From an uncultured Planctomycetota bacterium (GTDB lineage: Bacteria > Planctomycetota > PLA2 > JAEUHO01), in NCBI GenBank assembly GCA_963752285.1, contig CAVVXN010000001.1, positions 832,001 through 896,000 of the forward strand: a stretch of 64,000 nucleotides of DNA, in the 5' to 3' direction. How positions within the stretch are numbered: the first letter of the stretch is position 1; every line of letters begins with the position of its first letter. The notes under the pieces were generated by a model. That model did no database searches and was not told the DNA's origin. It worked only from the letters and a program-made list of their open reading frames with translations. The position numbers were made by a program, and so were the translations under genes. This document shows positions 27,565-37,426 of the stretch, in pieces.

Positions 27565-28887
27565 GTGCCCGAACCCGACGAGCGGAAGCGACCGAAGAAG
27601 AGGATCGTCCTCCTCGTGGTCCTCGGGGTCGCGGCCGCCGTCGGGGCCGCCTTCGGCGTGCCGCGGGTCCTCTACGCGCTCCACCACGAGTCCACGGACG
27701 ACGCGTTCGTCGAGGGCACGATCGCCTCCGTGAGCTTTCGGATCTCGGGGCACGTCCAGGCCGTTCACGTGGACGACAACGAGCGCGTGCCCGCGGGGGC
27801 GCCGATCGCGGAGCTCGACCCGGCGTCGTTCGAGGTGAGGCTCCACGCCGCCGCGGCCGCGCTCGAGGCCGCGCGGGCGAAGCTCCAGGGGCTCGAAGCG
27901 CGCGTACGCCTCGCCGAGCAGACGACCGCGGCCGACGTCGAGGGCGCCGCGGCGGCCGTGGACGTCGCCGAGGCCGAGCTCGCCGCCGCGCGCACGCGCG
28001 TGGACGTCGCCGAGCAGAACGAGAACGGCGCGGGGATCGACGTGAAGGTCGCCGCCGCCGAGCGGGACGAGGCCCTCGCCGCCGAGGCGTCCGCGAGGGC
28101 CTCCGCGGAGCTCGACGCGACCGATCTCGAGCGCTCGAAGGTCCTCTACGCGCAGAAGACCATCACGAAGGCCGAGCTGGACCGCGCCGAGGCCGCATCG
28201 CGCGTCTCCGCCGCGAAGCTCGAGGCCGCCGGCAAGATGATCGCCGCCGCGCGCGCGCGACTGGAGCAGGCGAGCACGAGGGTCGCGGTCGCGAAGAGCA
28301 TGGTCACGCAGGAGAAGGCGGGCGTGGACCGCGCACAGGCAGCCCTCGAGGCGGCGCGCGCGAAGCAGAAGAGCGCAAAGAGCGCGACGCTCCAGGTGGA
28401 GGTGGCGAAGGCCGAGCGCGACGAGCAGCGCGCCGAGGTCGAGGGGGCCGAGGCCGACCTGGCGCAGGCGAGGCTCGACCTCGGGTACACGAAGCTCGTC
28501 GCCCCCGTGGCGGGACGGGTCACGAAGAAGTCGCTCACCGTGGGGCAGTGGGTGGAGCCCGGGCAAGCGCTCATGGCGCTCGTTCCCGACGACGTGTGGG
28601 TGGTCGCCAACTACAAGGAGACGCAGGTCGGCGACATCCACCCCGGCCAGACCGTGCGGGTCCAGGTGGACGCGTTCCCCGAACACGACTTCCGGGGGCG
28701 CGTGGACAGCATCCAGGCGGGGACGGGCTCGCGCTTCAGCCTTCTCCCCGCCGAGAACGCGACCGGCAACTACGTGAAGGTGGTCCAGCGCATCCCGGTG
28801 AAGATCGTCTTCGACCCGGCGCCCGACCTCGACGCGTTCCCTCTCTCGCCCGGGATGTCGGTCCAGGCCGACGCAGACGTCGACTAG
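27565..28887 (+). CDS. emrA: HlyD/EmrA family membrane fusion protein
   Basis: ESTDDAFV, WVVANYKETQ and GSRFSLLPAENATGNYVKVVQRIPVKI. Confidence 0.9.
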   Translation: MPEPDERKRPKKRIVLLVVLGVAAAVGAAFGVPRVLYALHHESTDDAFVEGTIASVSFRISGHVQAVHVDDNERVPAGAPIAELDPASFEVRLHAAAAALEAARAKLQGLEARVRLAEQTTAADVEGAAAAVDVAEAELAAARTRVDVAEQNENGAGIDVKVAAAERDEALAAEASARASAELDATDLERSKVLYAQKTITKAELDRAEAASRVSAAKLEAAGKMIAAARARLEQASTRVAVAKSMVTQEKAGVDRAQAALEAARAKQKSAKSATLQVEVAKAERDEQRAEVEGAEADLAQARLDLGYTKLVAPVAGRVTKKSLTVGQWVEPGQALMALVPDDVWVVANYKETQVGDIHPGQTVRVQVDAFPEHDFRGRVDSIQAGTGSRFSLLPAENATGNYVKVVQRIPVKIVFDPAPDLDAFPLSPGMSVQADADVD

Positions 28888-28894
28888 CGCGCGC

Positions 28895-30430
28895 GTGAGC
28901 GAGGCGTCCTCCACCAACAAGTGGATCGTCGCCGGCACCGTCATGTTCGGGACGTTCGTGGCGGTGATGGACATCAGCGTCGTGAACGTGGCCCTGCCGC
29001 ACATGATGGGCACGTTCGGCGAGACGCTCTCCGCGATCACGTGGGTCGCGACCTCCTACAGCATCGCCGAGATCATCCTCGCGACGATGGCCGGGTGGTG
29101 GAGCACGCTCCTGGGTCGGAAGCGCCTCTACCTCGTGTCCTTCGGGGTCTTCACGCTGGGCTCGATCCTGGCGGGAACCGCGCGGACGTTCCCGCTGATG
29201 ATCGTGTTCCGCGTGATCCAGGGCATCGGCGGCGGCGCGCTGATCCCGGTCTCGCAGGCCATCCTCCGCGAGTCCTTCCCCAAGGAAGAGCAGGGGATGG
29301 CCATGGCCATCTACAGCATGGGCGTGGTCCTCGCGCCGGCCATCGGGCCGGTGCTCGGCGGATGGCTCACGGACGCGTACGGCTGGCCGTGGATCTTCTA
29401 CATCAACGTGCCCGTGTGCGTGATCGGCATGCTCCTGGTCGGAGCGTTCGTGCACGACCCCGAGTACCTGCGTCGCGGCGTGAAGAAGATCGACTGGACC
29501 GGCATCGGGCTGCTGGCCCTGGGCCTGACCGGGATGCAGATCGTCCTGGAGCGCGGCGAGCAGGAGAACTGGTTCGAGTCGAACGCGATCGTGCTGGTGT
29601 CCATCGCCACCGTCGTGGCCCTCGCGGTGCTCGTCTGGGTCGAGCTCAAGAGCCGGGAGCCGGTCGTGGACTTCCGAATCCTCAAGAACGTGCCCCTCGC
29701 CGTCGGCTCGGGCATGGGCCTCATCTTCGGCATTGCCCTCTTCGGCTCGACGTTCATCCTCCCGCAGTTCACGCAGGACCTCCTCGGCTACCCCGCGTTC
29801 GACGCCGGCCTGACGCTGCTCCCCCGCGCGATCACGCTCTTCCTGGTGATGCCGCTCGTGGGGAAGCTCTACGGGAAGATCGACTCTCGCGTCCTGGTCG
29901 GCCTCGGGCTCCTCGTCATCTTCTGGTCGTTTCACGACCTGGCCGGGCTCTCGCTCGACGCCGGCTTCTGGAACCTGGTGCCCATGCTCCTCCTGATGGG
30001 CGCGGGCATGCCGTTCATGTTCGTGACGCTCACGACCGTCTCGCTCAGCACGATCCCCCGCGAGGACATGACCCAGGCGTCCAGCATCTACACGCTGTCC
30101 CGCCGGGTGGGGGGGAACATCGGCTACGCGTTCGTCGCGACGATCGTCGCGCACCGCATGCAGCTCCACCGCGTGCGGCTGGTCGAGCACCTCACCCCGT
30201 ACGAGCCGCACGTCCGCGCGTGGATCGGCGGGCTGACGGAGCGCATGGCGGAAATCGGCCGTGGTCCGCGCGCCGCGGCCGACGCCGCCCTGAAGACCGT
30301 GGACGGCCTGGTCTCACGCCAGTCGGCGATGCTGGCCTACAACGACGCCTCACTGATCCTCGGCGTCCTCCTCCTGGTGACGATCCCGCTGATCTTCTTC
30401 CTCCCCGGCCGCCACGCCACCGGGAGCTGA
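28895..30430 (+). CDS. emrB: DHA2 (EmrB/QacA) MFS efflux permease
   Basis: MDISVVNVALPHM, WVATSY, RVIQGIGGG, APAIGPVLGG, WIFYINVP and LERGEQENWFES. Confidence 0.92.
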   Translation: MSEASSTNKWIVAGTVMFGTFVAVMDISVVNVALPHMMGTFGETLSAITWVATSYSIAEIILATMAGWWSTLLGRKRLYLVSFGVFTLGSILAGTARTFPLMIVFRVIQGIGGGALIPVSQAILRESFPKEEQGMAMAIYSMGVVLAPAIGPVLGGWLTDAYGWPWIFYINVPVCVIGMLLVGAFVHDPEYLRRGVKKIDWTGIGLLALGLTGMQIVLERGEQENWFESNAIVLVSIATVVALAVLVWVELKSREPVVDFRILKNVPLAVGSGMGLIFGIALFGSTFILPQFTQDLLGYPAFDAGLTLLPRAITLFLVMPLVGKLYGKIDSRVLVGLGLLVIFWSFHDLAGLSLDAGFWNLVPMLLLMGAGMPFMFVTLTTVSLSTIPREDMTQASSIYTLSRRVGGNIGYAFVATIVAHRMQLHRVRLVEHLTPYEPHVRAWIGGLTERMAEIGRGPRAAADAALKTVDGLVSRQSAMLAYNDASLILGVLLLVTIPLIFFLPGRHATGS

Positions 30431-30447
30431 CCCTCGGCGCCGCTACC

Positions 30448-31512
30448 ATGGGCGGCTCGCCCGGAGGCGGGACCGTCCCGGAGGGATTCCAGGTGACCAG
30501 GGAAGCGCTCGTGCATCCGGCCCTCGCGTCGATGGTCCGCGCCGTGCGGGCCGCGAGTCGCATCACGTGCGCGGTGCAGGCCGACCTCGTCTCGGCGGCG
30601 ACCTTGGGCAAGGAGGACCACAGCCCCGTGACGGTCGGCGACTTCGCGGCGCAGGCCGTCGTGGCCCGCACGCTTCGCGAGGCGTTCTCCGACGTGCCGC
30701 TCGTCGCGGAGGAGGGGACGGGGCTCCTCGCAAGGCCGGAGAACCGCGAGGTGCTCGAGGCGGTCGTGCGCGAGGTGCGCCGCGAGTGGAAGGACGCCGA
30801 GGCGGATGACGTCCTCTCCGCGATCGCGCACGGCGATCGCGAGGCGCGCGGCCTGCTCCGGTTCTTCACCCTCGATCCGATCGACGGGACGAAGGGATTC
30901 CTCCGCGGAGAGCACTACGCCGTCGCGCTGGCCCTGATCGAGGGCGGGCGTGTGGTCGCCGGCGTCCTCGCCGCGCCGAACCTGGAGGGCCAGGGCGGCG
31001 CGCGCGGCGCGCTCTTCGCGGCGAGCCGGGGCGAGGGCGCGTTCGAGCTGCCCCTCGGGGGCGGGGGCGAGGGCGGGGGCGAGGGCGGCGGCGAGGACGG
31101 GAGCGAGGGCCGCGCGATCGCCGTGTCGGGCGTCTCCGACCCGAGCCAGGTCCGGATCTGCGAGTCGGTGGTCAAGGCGCACTCGCACGGCGGGAAGGCG
31201 GCGGAGGTGGCGGCGCGCCTCGGTGTCGCCGTTTTGCCCGTGAGGATGGACAGCCAGGTCAAGTACGCGCTGGTCGCGCGGGGCGACGCCGAGCTCTATC
31301 TGCGCATCCCGCGCAACGACCAGTACGAGGAGAAGATCTGGGACCATGCGGCCGGTTCGCTCGTCGTGACGGAAGCCGGCGGGCGCGTGACCGACGTGCT
31401 CGGACGGCCCCTCGACTTCTCGCGCGGCCGGACCCTGGTCGAGAACTCGGGCATCGTCGCGAGCAACCGGCGTGTCCACGACGCGGTGCTCGCCGCGCTC
31501 CGCGAGATCTGA
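30448..31512 (+). CDS. 3'(2'),5'-bisphosphate nucleotidase, HAL2-like (inositol monophosphatase superfamily)
   Basis: SPVTVGDFAAQA, LDPIDGTKGFLRG, DSQVKY and EKIWDHAAG. Alternative start GTG 30493. Confidence 0.9.
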   Translation: MGGSPGGGTVPEGFQVTREALVHPALASMVRAVRAASRITCAVQADLVSAATLGKEDHSPVTVGDFAAQAVVARTLREAFSDVPLVAEEGTGLLARPENREVLEAVVREVRREWKDAEADDVLSAIAHGDREARGLLRFFTLDPIDGTKGFLRGEHYAVALALIEGGRVVAGVLAAPNLEGQGGARGALFAASRGEGAFELPLGGGGEGGGEGGGEDGSEGRAIAVSGVSDPSQVRICESVVKAHSHGGKAAEVAARLGVAVLPVRMDSQVKYALVARGDAELYLRIPRNDQYEEKIWDHAAGSLVVTEAGGRVTDVLGRPLDFSRGRTLVENSGIVASNRRVHDAVLAALREI

Positions 31513-31521
31513 CGGTCCGTC

Positions 31522-32145
31522 GTGATCGCCGCACTTCTGGTCGGCGTCGCGTTCGGCTTCTTCGGATCGGTCCCGGTCGCCGGCCCCGTGTCCGTGGTCG
31601 TGTTCGTCCGCGGCGCGGAAGGGCACGTGCGAAGCGGCCTGGCCACCGCCATCGGCGGGGCCCTGGCGGAGGGGATCTACGCGTTCCTCGCGGTCTGGGG
31701 GTTCAGCACGTTCCTCGTGCGGCACCCCTGGATCGAGCCGGTCTCGAACGGACTCGCCGCGGCGATCCTGCTCCTCCTGGGCGTCCTGTTCCTCCGCCGC
31801 AAGCCCCACGAGCTCCCGAAGGACCCCGGGGCCCACGGGCGGAGCCTGTTCGTGGGGTTCCTGCTCGTCGCGCTGAACCCGACGCTCATCGCGACGTGGA
31901 CCGCCGCCACGGCGGTCCTCTACTCGAGCGGCCTCCTCTCGCTCGAACCGATCCGGGCGGTGCCCCTGGCGATCGGCGCCGCGGCGGGCATCGTGGCGTG
32001 GTTCTCGCTCCTGCTCGCGCTGGTCTCGCGCTTCCGCGAGCGTTTCGGACTCGAAACGATGAACCGCCTCCTCCACGGGATGGGTTGGGTCCTCCTCGCC
32101 CTGGGCGGCGCGTTCACCGTGAACTTCGTCTGGCACCTCGCCTGA
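31522..32145 (+). CDS. LysE family translocator
   Basis: GSVPVAGPVS and GFLLVALNP motifs; about 6 TM segments. Confidence 0.82.
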   Translation: MIAALLVGVAFGFFGSVPVAGPVSVVVFVRGAEGHVRSGLATAIGGALAEGIYAFLAVWGFSTFLVRHPWIEPVSNGLAAAILLLLGVLFLRRKPHELPKDPGAHGRSLFVGFLLVALNPTLIATWTAATAVLYSSGLLSLEPIRAVPLAIGAAAGIVAWFSLLLALVSRFRERFGLETMNRLLHGMGWVLLALGGAFTVNFVWHLA

Positions 32146-32156
32146 CGGGGGCGGGC

Positions 32157-33521
32157 ATGGCGTGTGCAAGCGCGTCGCGCGTGGGACGCACCTGGCTCTC
32201 CCTCGTTCTGGGCGTCGTCGTCGTCGTCGTCGTCGGGCTGGCGGTCGCCTTCGCGCTCCGCCCCGAGGCCTCCCCGCGCGGCGCGCCCCTCGAGCGGACG
32301 GCGCGGACGCCGCGGACGACCGACGCGCCCGTGCGGCTCGCGGGGCGGGCGCCCGACCCCGACGCCGGCGCCGGGGAGGCGGGGCGCCTCCGCACGGAGG
32401 AGACCTCGTCGCGGGACGAGAGAGAGGCCGACGCTCCCTCGGACGGGATCGCGGGCACGCTCGTCCTCTCGGACGGGACGGGGGTCGCCGCGTTCGTCCC
32501 CGTCCGCGCCGTGCGCCAGGGCGACGCCGCGAGCGAGGCGATGGAGGCCCGCGCGCGCTGGGCGCGGGCCGACGCGTCGGGCGACTTCGAGCTTGAGGGC
32601 CTCCCTCCGGGGACGTACCTCGTGAGCGTGCCGGGGAACCGCGCGCCCGCCGTCGTCGCCACGCCCGGCGGCGAGCTCTTGCGCATCGTGGTGGAGGTCA
32701 CCCGCTATCACGTGCGCGTGCTGGGCGAGGACGACCAGCCCATCCCCGCGCGCATCGTGGCCGAGCGGATCACGTGGGGCCCCGGGTGCGTTCGCTCGTC
32801 GGCGTGCGAGGCGAAGGGCGGCGTGGCGACCCTCGCGGCCGCGGCCGGGGCCCGGGTCGCATTCGGTGCGGCGACGGTCGACGGCGCGTTCGGCGAGACC
32901 GAGGTCGAGACGCCCGGAGGCGAGGGGACCCGCGAGGTCGTCGTGCGACCTCGGCGCGCCGAGGGCCCGCCGGGCTCGATCCGTCTCCTCCTCGAAGGCG
33001 AGGACGGGACGTTGCTTCGCGCCGCACGGGTGTTCCTTCGGACCCCGCTCACCGGTCTCTTGGTGAAGGACCTCGGGGACGCGTCCGCGGGCGGCGTGCT
33101 CCGCCCGGTCCCGCCGGGTCGGTGGGAGGTGCGCGTGGGGCGGCCGTTCGAGAGCGGCGACCCCGCGCGGACGTGCTGGTTCACCGCGCGGGGGACCGTC
33201 GAGGTCCGCCCGGGCGTCCCGGAGGACCTGCGGCTCCTGGCGCGAGAGGGCGCGCGTCTCGAGCTCCGCGTGGACTCCGCGTTTCCCGACGACGACTCGT
33301 CCCACTTCCCCTACGCCTCCGCGCGGCGCGTCGATGTCGCCGACGCGGCGGCGAAGACCTCGCTCTGGCCGGACTGGGGCGTGGACGAGCTCTCCGACGT
33401 CCTCGAACCGGGCACGTACCGGGTCGAGGTCGAGGCCGCCGGTCACGAAACCGCGACGCGCGAGATCGACCTGCCCGTGGGCCGGGTGACGCGCCTGGAG
33501 GTCACGCTGGACCCCGAGTGA
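32157..33521 (+). CDS. Membrane-anchored carboxypeptidase-regulatory-like domain protein
   Basis: N-terminal TM. ADASGDFELEGLPPGTYLV, PPGRWEV and LEPGTYRVEVEAAGHE. Confidence 0.8.
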   Translation: MACASASRVGRTWLSLVLGVVVVVVVGLAVAFALRPEASPRGAPLERTARTPRTTDAPVRLAGRAPDPDAGAGEAGRLRTEETSSRDEREADAPSDGIAGTLVLSDGTGVAAFVPVRAVRQGDAASEAMEARARWARADASGDFELEGLPPGTYLVSVPGNRAPAVVATPGGELLRIVVEVTRYHVRVLGEDDQPIPARIVAERITWGPGCVRSSACEAKGGVATLAAAAGARVAFGAATVDGAFGETEVETPGGEGTREVVVRPRRAEGPPGSIRLLLEGEDGTLLRAARVFLRTPLTGLLVKDLGDASAGGVLRPVPPGRWEVRVGRPFESGDPARTCWFTARGTVEVRPGVPEDLRLLAREGARLELRVDSAFPDDDSSHFPYASARRVDVADAAAKTSLWPDWGVDELSDVLEPGTYRVEVEAAGHETATREIDLPVGRVTRLEVTLDPE

Positions 33522-33578
33522 CCGGCCGCTGTCCTCGACACGCTATCCTGTCCCCTCGAACTCGATCCCGGAGGTGCC

Positions 33579-36320
33579 ATGAGCGAGTCGGCGACGGGCC
33601 AGACGCGCCGGGTCCGGCAGGCGGGGTTCCTGACGGTCGTCGGCCTCGGGATCGCGACCCTCCTGACGCTCGCGAAGGCGACGTGGGGGGACGGAGACCC
33701 CGGGCGCGCGGGCCTCGCGGATCCGGTGGTCCTCGTCGGCGTCGGCGAGGGCGACCCCTACTACGCGGTGGCGGTTCGACTCGCGAAGTCGCGATCGGCG
33801 CCGATCGTCCGCTTCGATCCGGCGGCTCCCGACGCCGTGTTGCCGCGTCTCCGGGAGCTCGCGCCGACGGACGCGATCGTCGTCGTCCGGCCCGAGCAGA
33901 TCGACGTGAGCTTTGTGCGACGCTTCCTTGTCATGGCGACCCGCGTGGACGACGACCCGTTCGTGGACTTCGCCTACGGGTTCGTCACCGGCTCGACGCC
34001 CCTCGAAGCCCTCGCGTTCGCCGATCGGATCGACCGCGCGCGTACCGCGCCGAAGCCCGATACGGTCGCCCAGTCCTACGTCGTCGGGGGCCCGGGCACG
34101 TCTCGATCCCGGACCGGGCGCTACACGCTGGGTTCGCGGTCGTGGGGGCTCCACGAGCTCCAGTTCGTCGCCCCCGCCGACGAGAAGGACGGGCGCGACC
34201 AGGCGTTCCTCGACCAGCACCTGAAGGAGATCCAGGGCTCGGCGGCGATCCTGATGGGCGGCCACGGGATGCCCTGGGAGATCGGAAACGGACCGCAGGC
34301 CGAGGACGTCGCGCGCCTCGACCTCTATCCCGCGGTCGCGTTCAACTACGCGTGCTACACGGGCGTCACCCGGCGGTGGCCGGAGCTCCGGTACGACGAC
34401 GGCGCCTACGTGTCGGAGACGCACGAGGTCGAACCCGGGAAGAGCTTCGCGCTCGCCATGATCCACGCGGGGATCGTGGGCTACGTCGCGTACGTGAACC
34501 CGCGACCCGCGGGTCCCGAGATGACGACCGACTTCGAGCAGGTCCTCGCGGGCGCCTCGATGGGCGCCGCGCGGCGGCGAGACCTCGCGAAGGTGGCGCT
34601 CGGCTACCTCGGCTTCGGCGAGCCGGGCGTCGTCCCGCCCGACTGGGTCGCGGGCGAGCGGACGCCGCTCGCGAAGGTCGATGCCGTACGAAACCTCATG
34701 CTCGACGGCGCCACGGGCGGCATCCTCTATGGCGACCCGGCGTATGCGCCCTTTCCCTCGCATCCGGAAGACCTGCCGCTCCAGACCACCGTGGCGCCGA
34801 AGGGCGACGAGCTCGAGATCACCCTCGAGATGGCCGCGCGCTCCGTGTACCTCTGGTGCGCCGATCCCTTCCGCCGCGCGGGCGATCGCGACATGGCGAT
34901 GAAGCTCTACGACCGTGTCGAGCTCCCCGCCGGCCTGAAGACGGTTCGCTCCGTCCGCGTCGTCGAGGCCACGTGGGGCGGCAAGCCGATCGAGACGCTC
35001 GACCCCGTCTGGGCGCTGGAGCAGGACCAGGGCCACCGCTACCTCCACGTGAAACCCGGGTTCGCCCGCGGCGGCGAGGGGCGCCTCCGGATCGTGCTCG
35101 TCGCGAGCGCGCGCGAGGTGGCCGCCGTGCGCGCGTCGCCGCCGCACCCGGTGCCCGCCGCGAAGCCCGTGGACCTCGCCGACCCGGCCGAGTGCCGCCG
35201 GCTCGCGATGGAGGTGGGCGACGAGGTGATCCGCCGCCGGGGCGAGCTCTCGGACGCGTGGGTCTACGACGGGCGCGCGGGCGCCGCGCTCTTCCTGTTC
35301 GACCTGTTCGGCGCGACGGGGGAGGAGCGCTACCAGGTCGCGGCCGACGACCTCGTCCGCGCGGCGGAGCAGGCCGACGGGGACGCGGGCCTCTACACCG
35401 GGCTCGCCGGCGTCGGCCAGGTGCTGCTCGAGGCCGCGCGCGTGACGAAGGACGCGTCCTACCGCGACCGCGCGGCGGCCGTCGCGAAGCGACTCCCCCC
35501 GGCGCGAGGCGCCGACGTGATCTCGGGCGCCGCCGGGACGGGGTTCTTCCTCCTCTCGCTCTACGCCGCGACCCGCGACCGCGCCTGGCTCGACGAGGCG
35601 ATCGGGCTCGGCGAGCGGCTCGACGCCGCGGCGATCCGCGAGGAGGGCGAGGCCCGATGGAAGGTCTCGCCGGAGCTCGACCGGGTCTACGTCGGCTTCT
35701 CGCACGGCGCGGCGGGCGTCGGCACGTTCCTCGTGGCGCTCGCGAAGGCCACGGGCGACGACCGCTGGCTCGCGCTCGCTCGAGAGGCGGCGGCGTTCGT
35801 CGTCGCGCGTGCGCACGACGACGGCCACGACGGATGGGCGTGGACGAAGACGGACCCGCCGGCAAAGGACGCGCCCTTCCCCGTGCAGTGGTGCCACGGC
35901 AGCCCGGGCATCGCGCTCTTCTTCGGCGCGCTCGCCGACGCGACCGGAGGCGACGGGGCCGGGGGCGGCAGGACCGACGCGGACGGGTACCGCGCGGCGC
36001 TCTCTCGAAGCGTGGCGAACGATCTTTGGGAGGGGCGCACCGCGCGCGCGGGGGGATGCCTCTGCCACGGGAAGGCGGGGAACGCGCTCGTGCTCCTCGA
36101 CGTCGACCGCCGCCGGCCCGATCCCGCGCTCCGGGCCGCGGCGCGGGCCTTCGCGTCCGACCTCGTCGCCGAGGGCCACGTGCGGCTCTCGCTCGGGAGC
36201 TACGCGTACGGGCCCGGCTACATGACGGGCCTCTCGGGCATCGGTCGCTTCTTCCTCTGCCTCGCGGACCCCGCGACCGTGCCGCCGGTGATCCTGCCGC
36301 CCGACGACGGCGGGGCCTGA
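33579..36320 (+). CDS. Exported fusion: C25/gingipain-like (clan CD) cysteine peptidase domain plus LanC-like domain
   Basis: GGAGG RBS and N-terminal hydrophobic helix. GGHG, NYACYTG and LYGDP (C25-like). FSHGAAG, WCHGSPG, CLCHGKAG and GYMTGLSG (LanC-like). Confidence 0.8.
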   Translation: MSESATGQTRRVRQAGFLTVVGLGIATLLTLAKATWGDGDPGRAGLADPVVLVGVGEGDPYYAVAVRLAKSRSAPIVRFDPAAPDAVLPRLRELAPTDAIVVVRPEQIDVSFVRRFLVMATRVDDDPFVDFAYGFVTGSTPLEALAFADRIDRARTAPKPDTVAQSYVVGGPGTSRSRTGRYTLGSRSWGLHELQFVAPADEKDGRDQAFLDQHLKEIQGSAAILMGGHGMPWEIGNGPQAEDVARLDLYPAVAFNYACYTGVTRRWPELRYDDGAYVSETHEVEPGKSFALAMIHAGIVGYVAYVNPRPAGPEMTTDFEQVLAGASMGAARRRDLAKVALGYLGFGEPGVVPPDWVAGERTPLAKVDAVRNLMLDGATGGILYGDPAYAPFPSHPEDLPLQTTVAPKGDELEITLEMAARSVYLWCADPFRRAGDRDMAMKLYDRVELPAGLKTVRSVRVVEATWGGKPIETLDPVWALEQDQGHRYLHVKPGFARGGEGRLRIVLVASAREVAAVRASPPHPVPAAKPVDLADPAECRRLAMEVGDEVIRRRGELSDAWVYDGRAGAALFLFDLFGATGEERYQVAADDLVRAAEQADGDAGLYTGLAGVGQVLLEAARVTKDASYRDRAAAVAKRLPPARGADVISGAAGTGFFLLSLYAATRDRAWLDEAIGLGERLDAAAIREEGEARWKVSPELDRVYVGFSHGAAGVGTFLVALAKATGDDRWLALAREAAAFVVARAHDDGHDGWAWTKTDPPAKDAPFPVQWCHGSPGIALFFGALADATGGDGAGGGRTDADGYRAALSRSVANDLWEGRTARAGGCLCHGKAGNALVLLDVDRRRPDPALRAAARAFASDLVAEGHVRLSLGSYAYGPGYMTGLSGIGRFFLCLADPATVPPVILPPDDGGA

Positions 36321-36332
36321 CCCGGGCCCGGC

Positions 36333-36767
36333 TCAGGTCGGCCCGTCGGGTCCTCGCGGGCGTTGGGCGAGGGCGAGGACGCGTCGCCAGCCCTCTCTGG
36401 GGACCGCGGCGACGCTCAATCGCGGGAAGGTCAGCAGCTCCCAGCCTTCGAGCGACGCCACGCTTCGGAGCTCGCGAAGCGACACGGGCCGCGCGAGCAG
36501 GACGGGCGGCGCGAGCACGACGACGACGTCGCCCGGCCTTTCGCCCCGCCGATCGGCGTGGGGCGCCTTCTCGACCTTCGTGCGCGCGACGATCCGTGGC
36601 CGCGACCCGGTGTACTGGAGGAGGACCTCGTCGCCGCGCCGCATCTCGAGGAGCCGGCGCCGCGAGGGGGGGCTTCGGACGCCGCGGTGCCAGACGGGCC
36701 GTCTCGCGCCGAGCGCCTCCGGGGGAAGGCGGGCCGTCGAGGTCTTCACGAGCCAGCGCCGAAACAT
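36333..36767 (-). CDS. EVE-domain protein (divergent)
   Basis: RWLVKT, GVRS, MRRGDEVL, RPVSLRELR and PRLSVAAV..W match the EVE/THYN1 layout. Confidence 0.75.
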   Translation of the reverse strand: MFRRWLVKTSTARLPPEALGARRPVWHRGVRSPPSRRRLLEMRRGDEVLLQYTGSRPRIVARTKVEKAPHADRRGERPGDVVVVLAPPVLLARPVSLRELRSVASLEGWELLTFPRLSVAAVPREGWRRVLALAQRPRGPDGPT

Positions 36768-36835
36768 GCCGCGCCTCCGAGAACGTCCCCCTCCATCGCG
36801 CGGGGAGGCGCCTCGGTCACACGGCGAGCATCCGG

Positions 36836-37426
36836 CTACGCCCCCTGCCCGAGCTCGTAGCGCGAGGCGACCAGGCCCTCGGCCAGGAAGGCGGGGCTCG
36901 AGAGGAGGATCGTCGCGCCGTCGAGGTCGGCGAGGGCGGCGCGCACCTGGTCGATCCCGGCCGCGTCGAGCTCGGCCAGGGGCTCGTCCAGGAGGAGGAG
37001 GCGAGGCCGGACGGCCAGCGCGCGGGCCAGCGCCACGCGGCGTCGCTCGCCGCCGGAGAGCCCGAAGACCGGCTGGTCCGCGATCTTCCCGATGCCCATG
37101 CGCTCGATCCAACCCATCGCCCTCGCGCGCGCGGTCGCGCCGTGCTCGCCCCGCGCGTGGACGCCGTAGAGCACGTTCGTGAGGACCGTGCCGCGGAAGA
37201 GCCAGGGGGACTGGTGCACGTACACACGGTCGTGGGGGGGCGCGGCGATCTCGACCGTCCCTTGGAAGTCGCGTTCCAGGCCTCCGAGCACCCGGAGAAG
37301 GGTCGTCTTCCCGGACCCGTTCGGGCCGACCACGCCCACGCGGGCGCCGTCCGGCACCTCGAAGTCGGGCACGCGGCAGATCGTGCGCCCCTCCTTCTCG
37401 ACCGTGAGCCCGTGGACGCGGATCAT
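36836..37426 (-). CDS. tupC: ABC transporter ATP-binding protein (tungstate, TupC-like)
   Basis: GPNGSGKT, LSGGE and LLLLDEP. ATGA-coupled to the permease. Confidence 0.82.
   Translation of the reverse strand: MIRVHGLTVEKEGRTICRVPDFEVPDGARVGVVGPNGSGKTTLLRVLGGLERDFQGTVEIAAPPHDRVYVHQSPWLFRGTVLTNVLYGVHARGEHGATARARAMGWIERMGIGKIADQPVFGLSGGERRRVALARALAVRPRLLLLDEPLAELDAAGIDQVRAALADLDGATILLSSPAFLAEGLVASRYELGQGA

Noticed and set aside
32214..32234. (GTC)x7 microsatellite as a phase-variation tract
   Set aside because: It is an in-frame triplet encoding poly-Val in a TM helix, so slippage would not switch expression.
33579..36320. Lanthipeptide biosynthetic cluster
   Set aside because: No LanB/LanM/LanKC dehydratase, Ser/Thr/Cys-rich precursor or dedicated peptide exporter is seen nearby.
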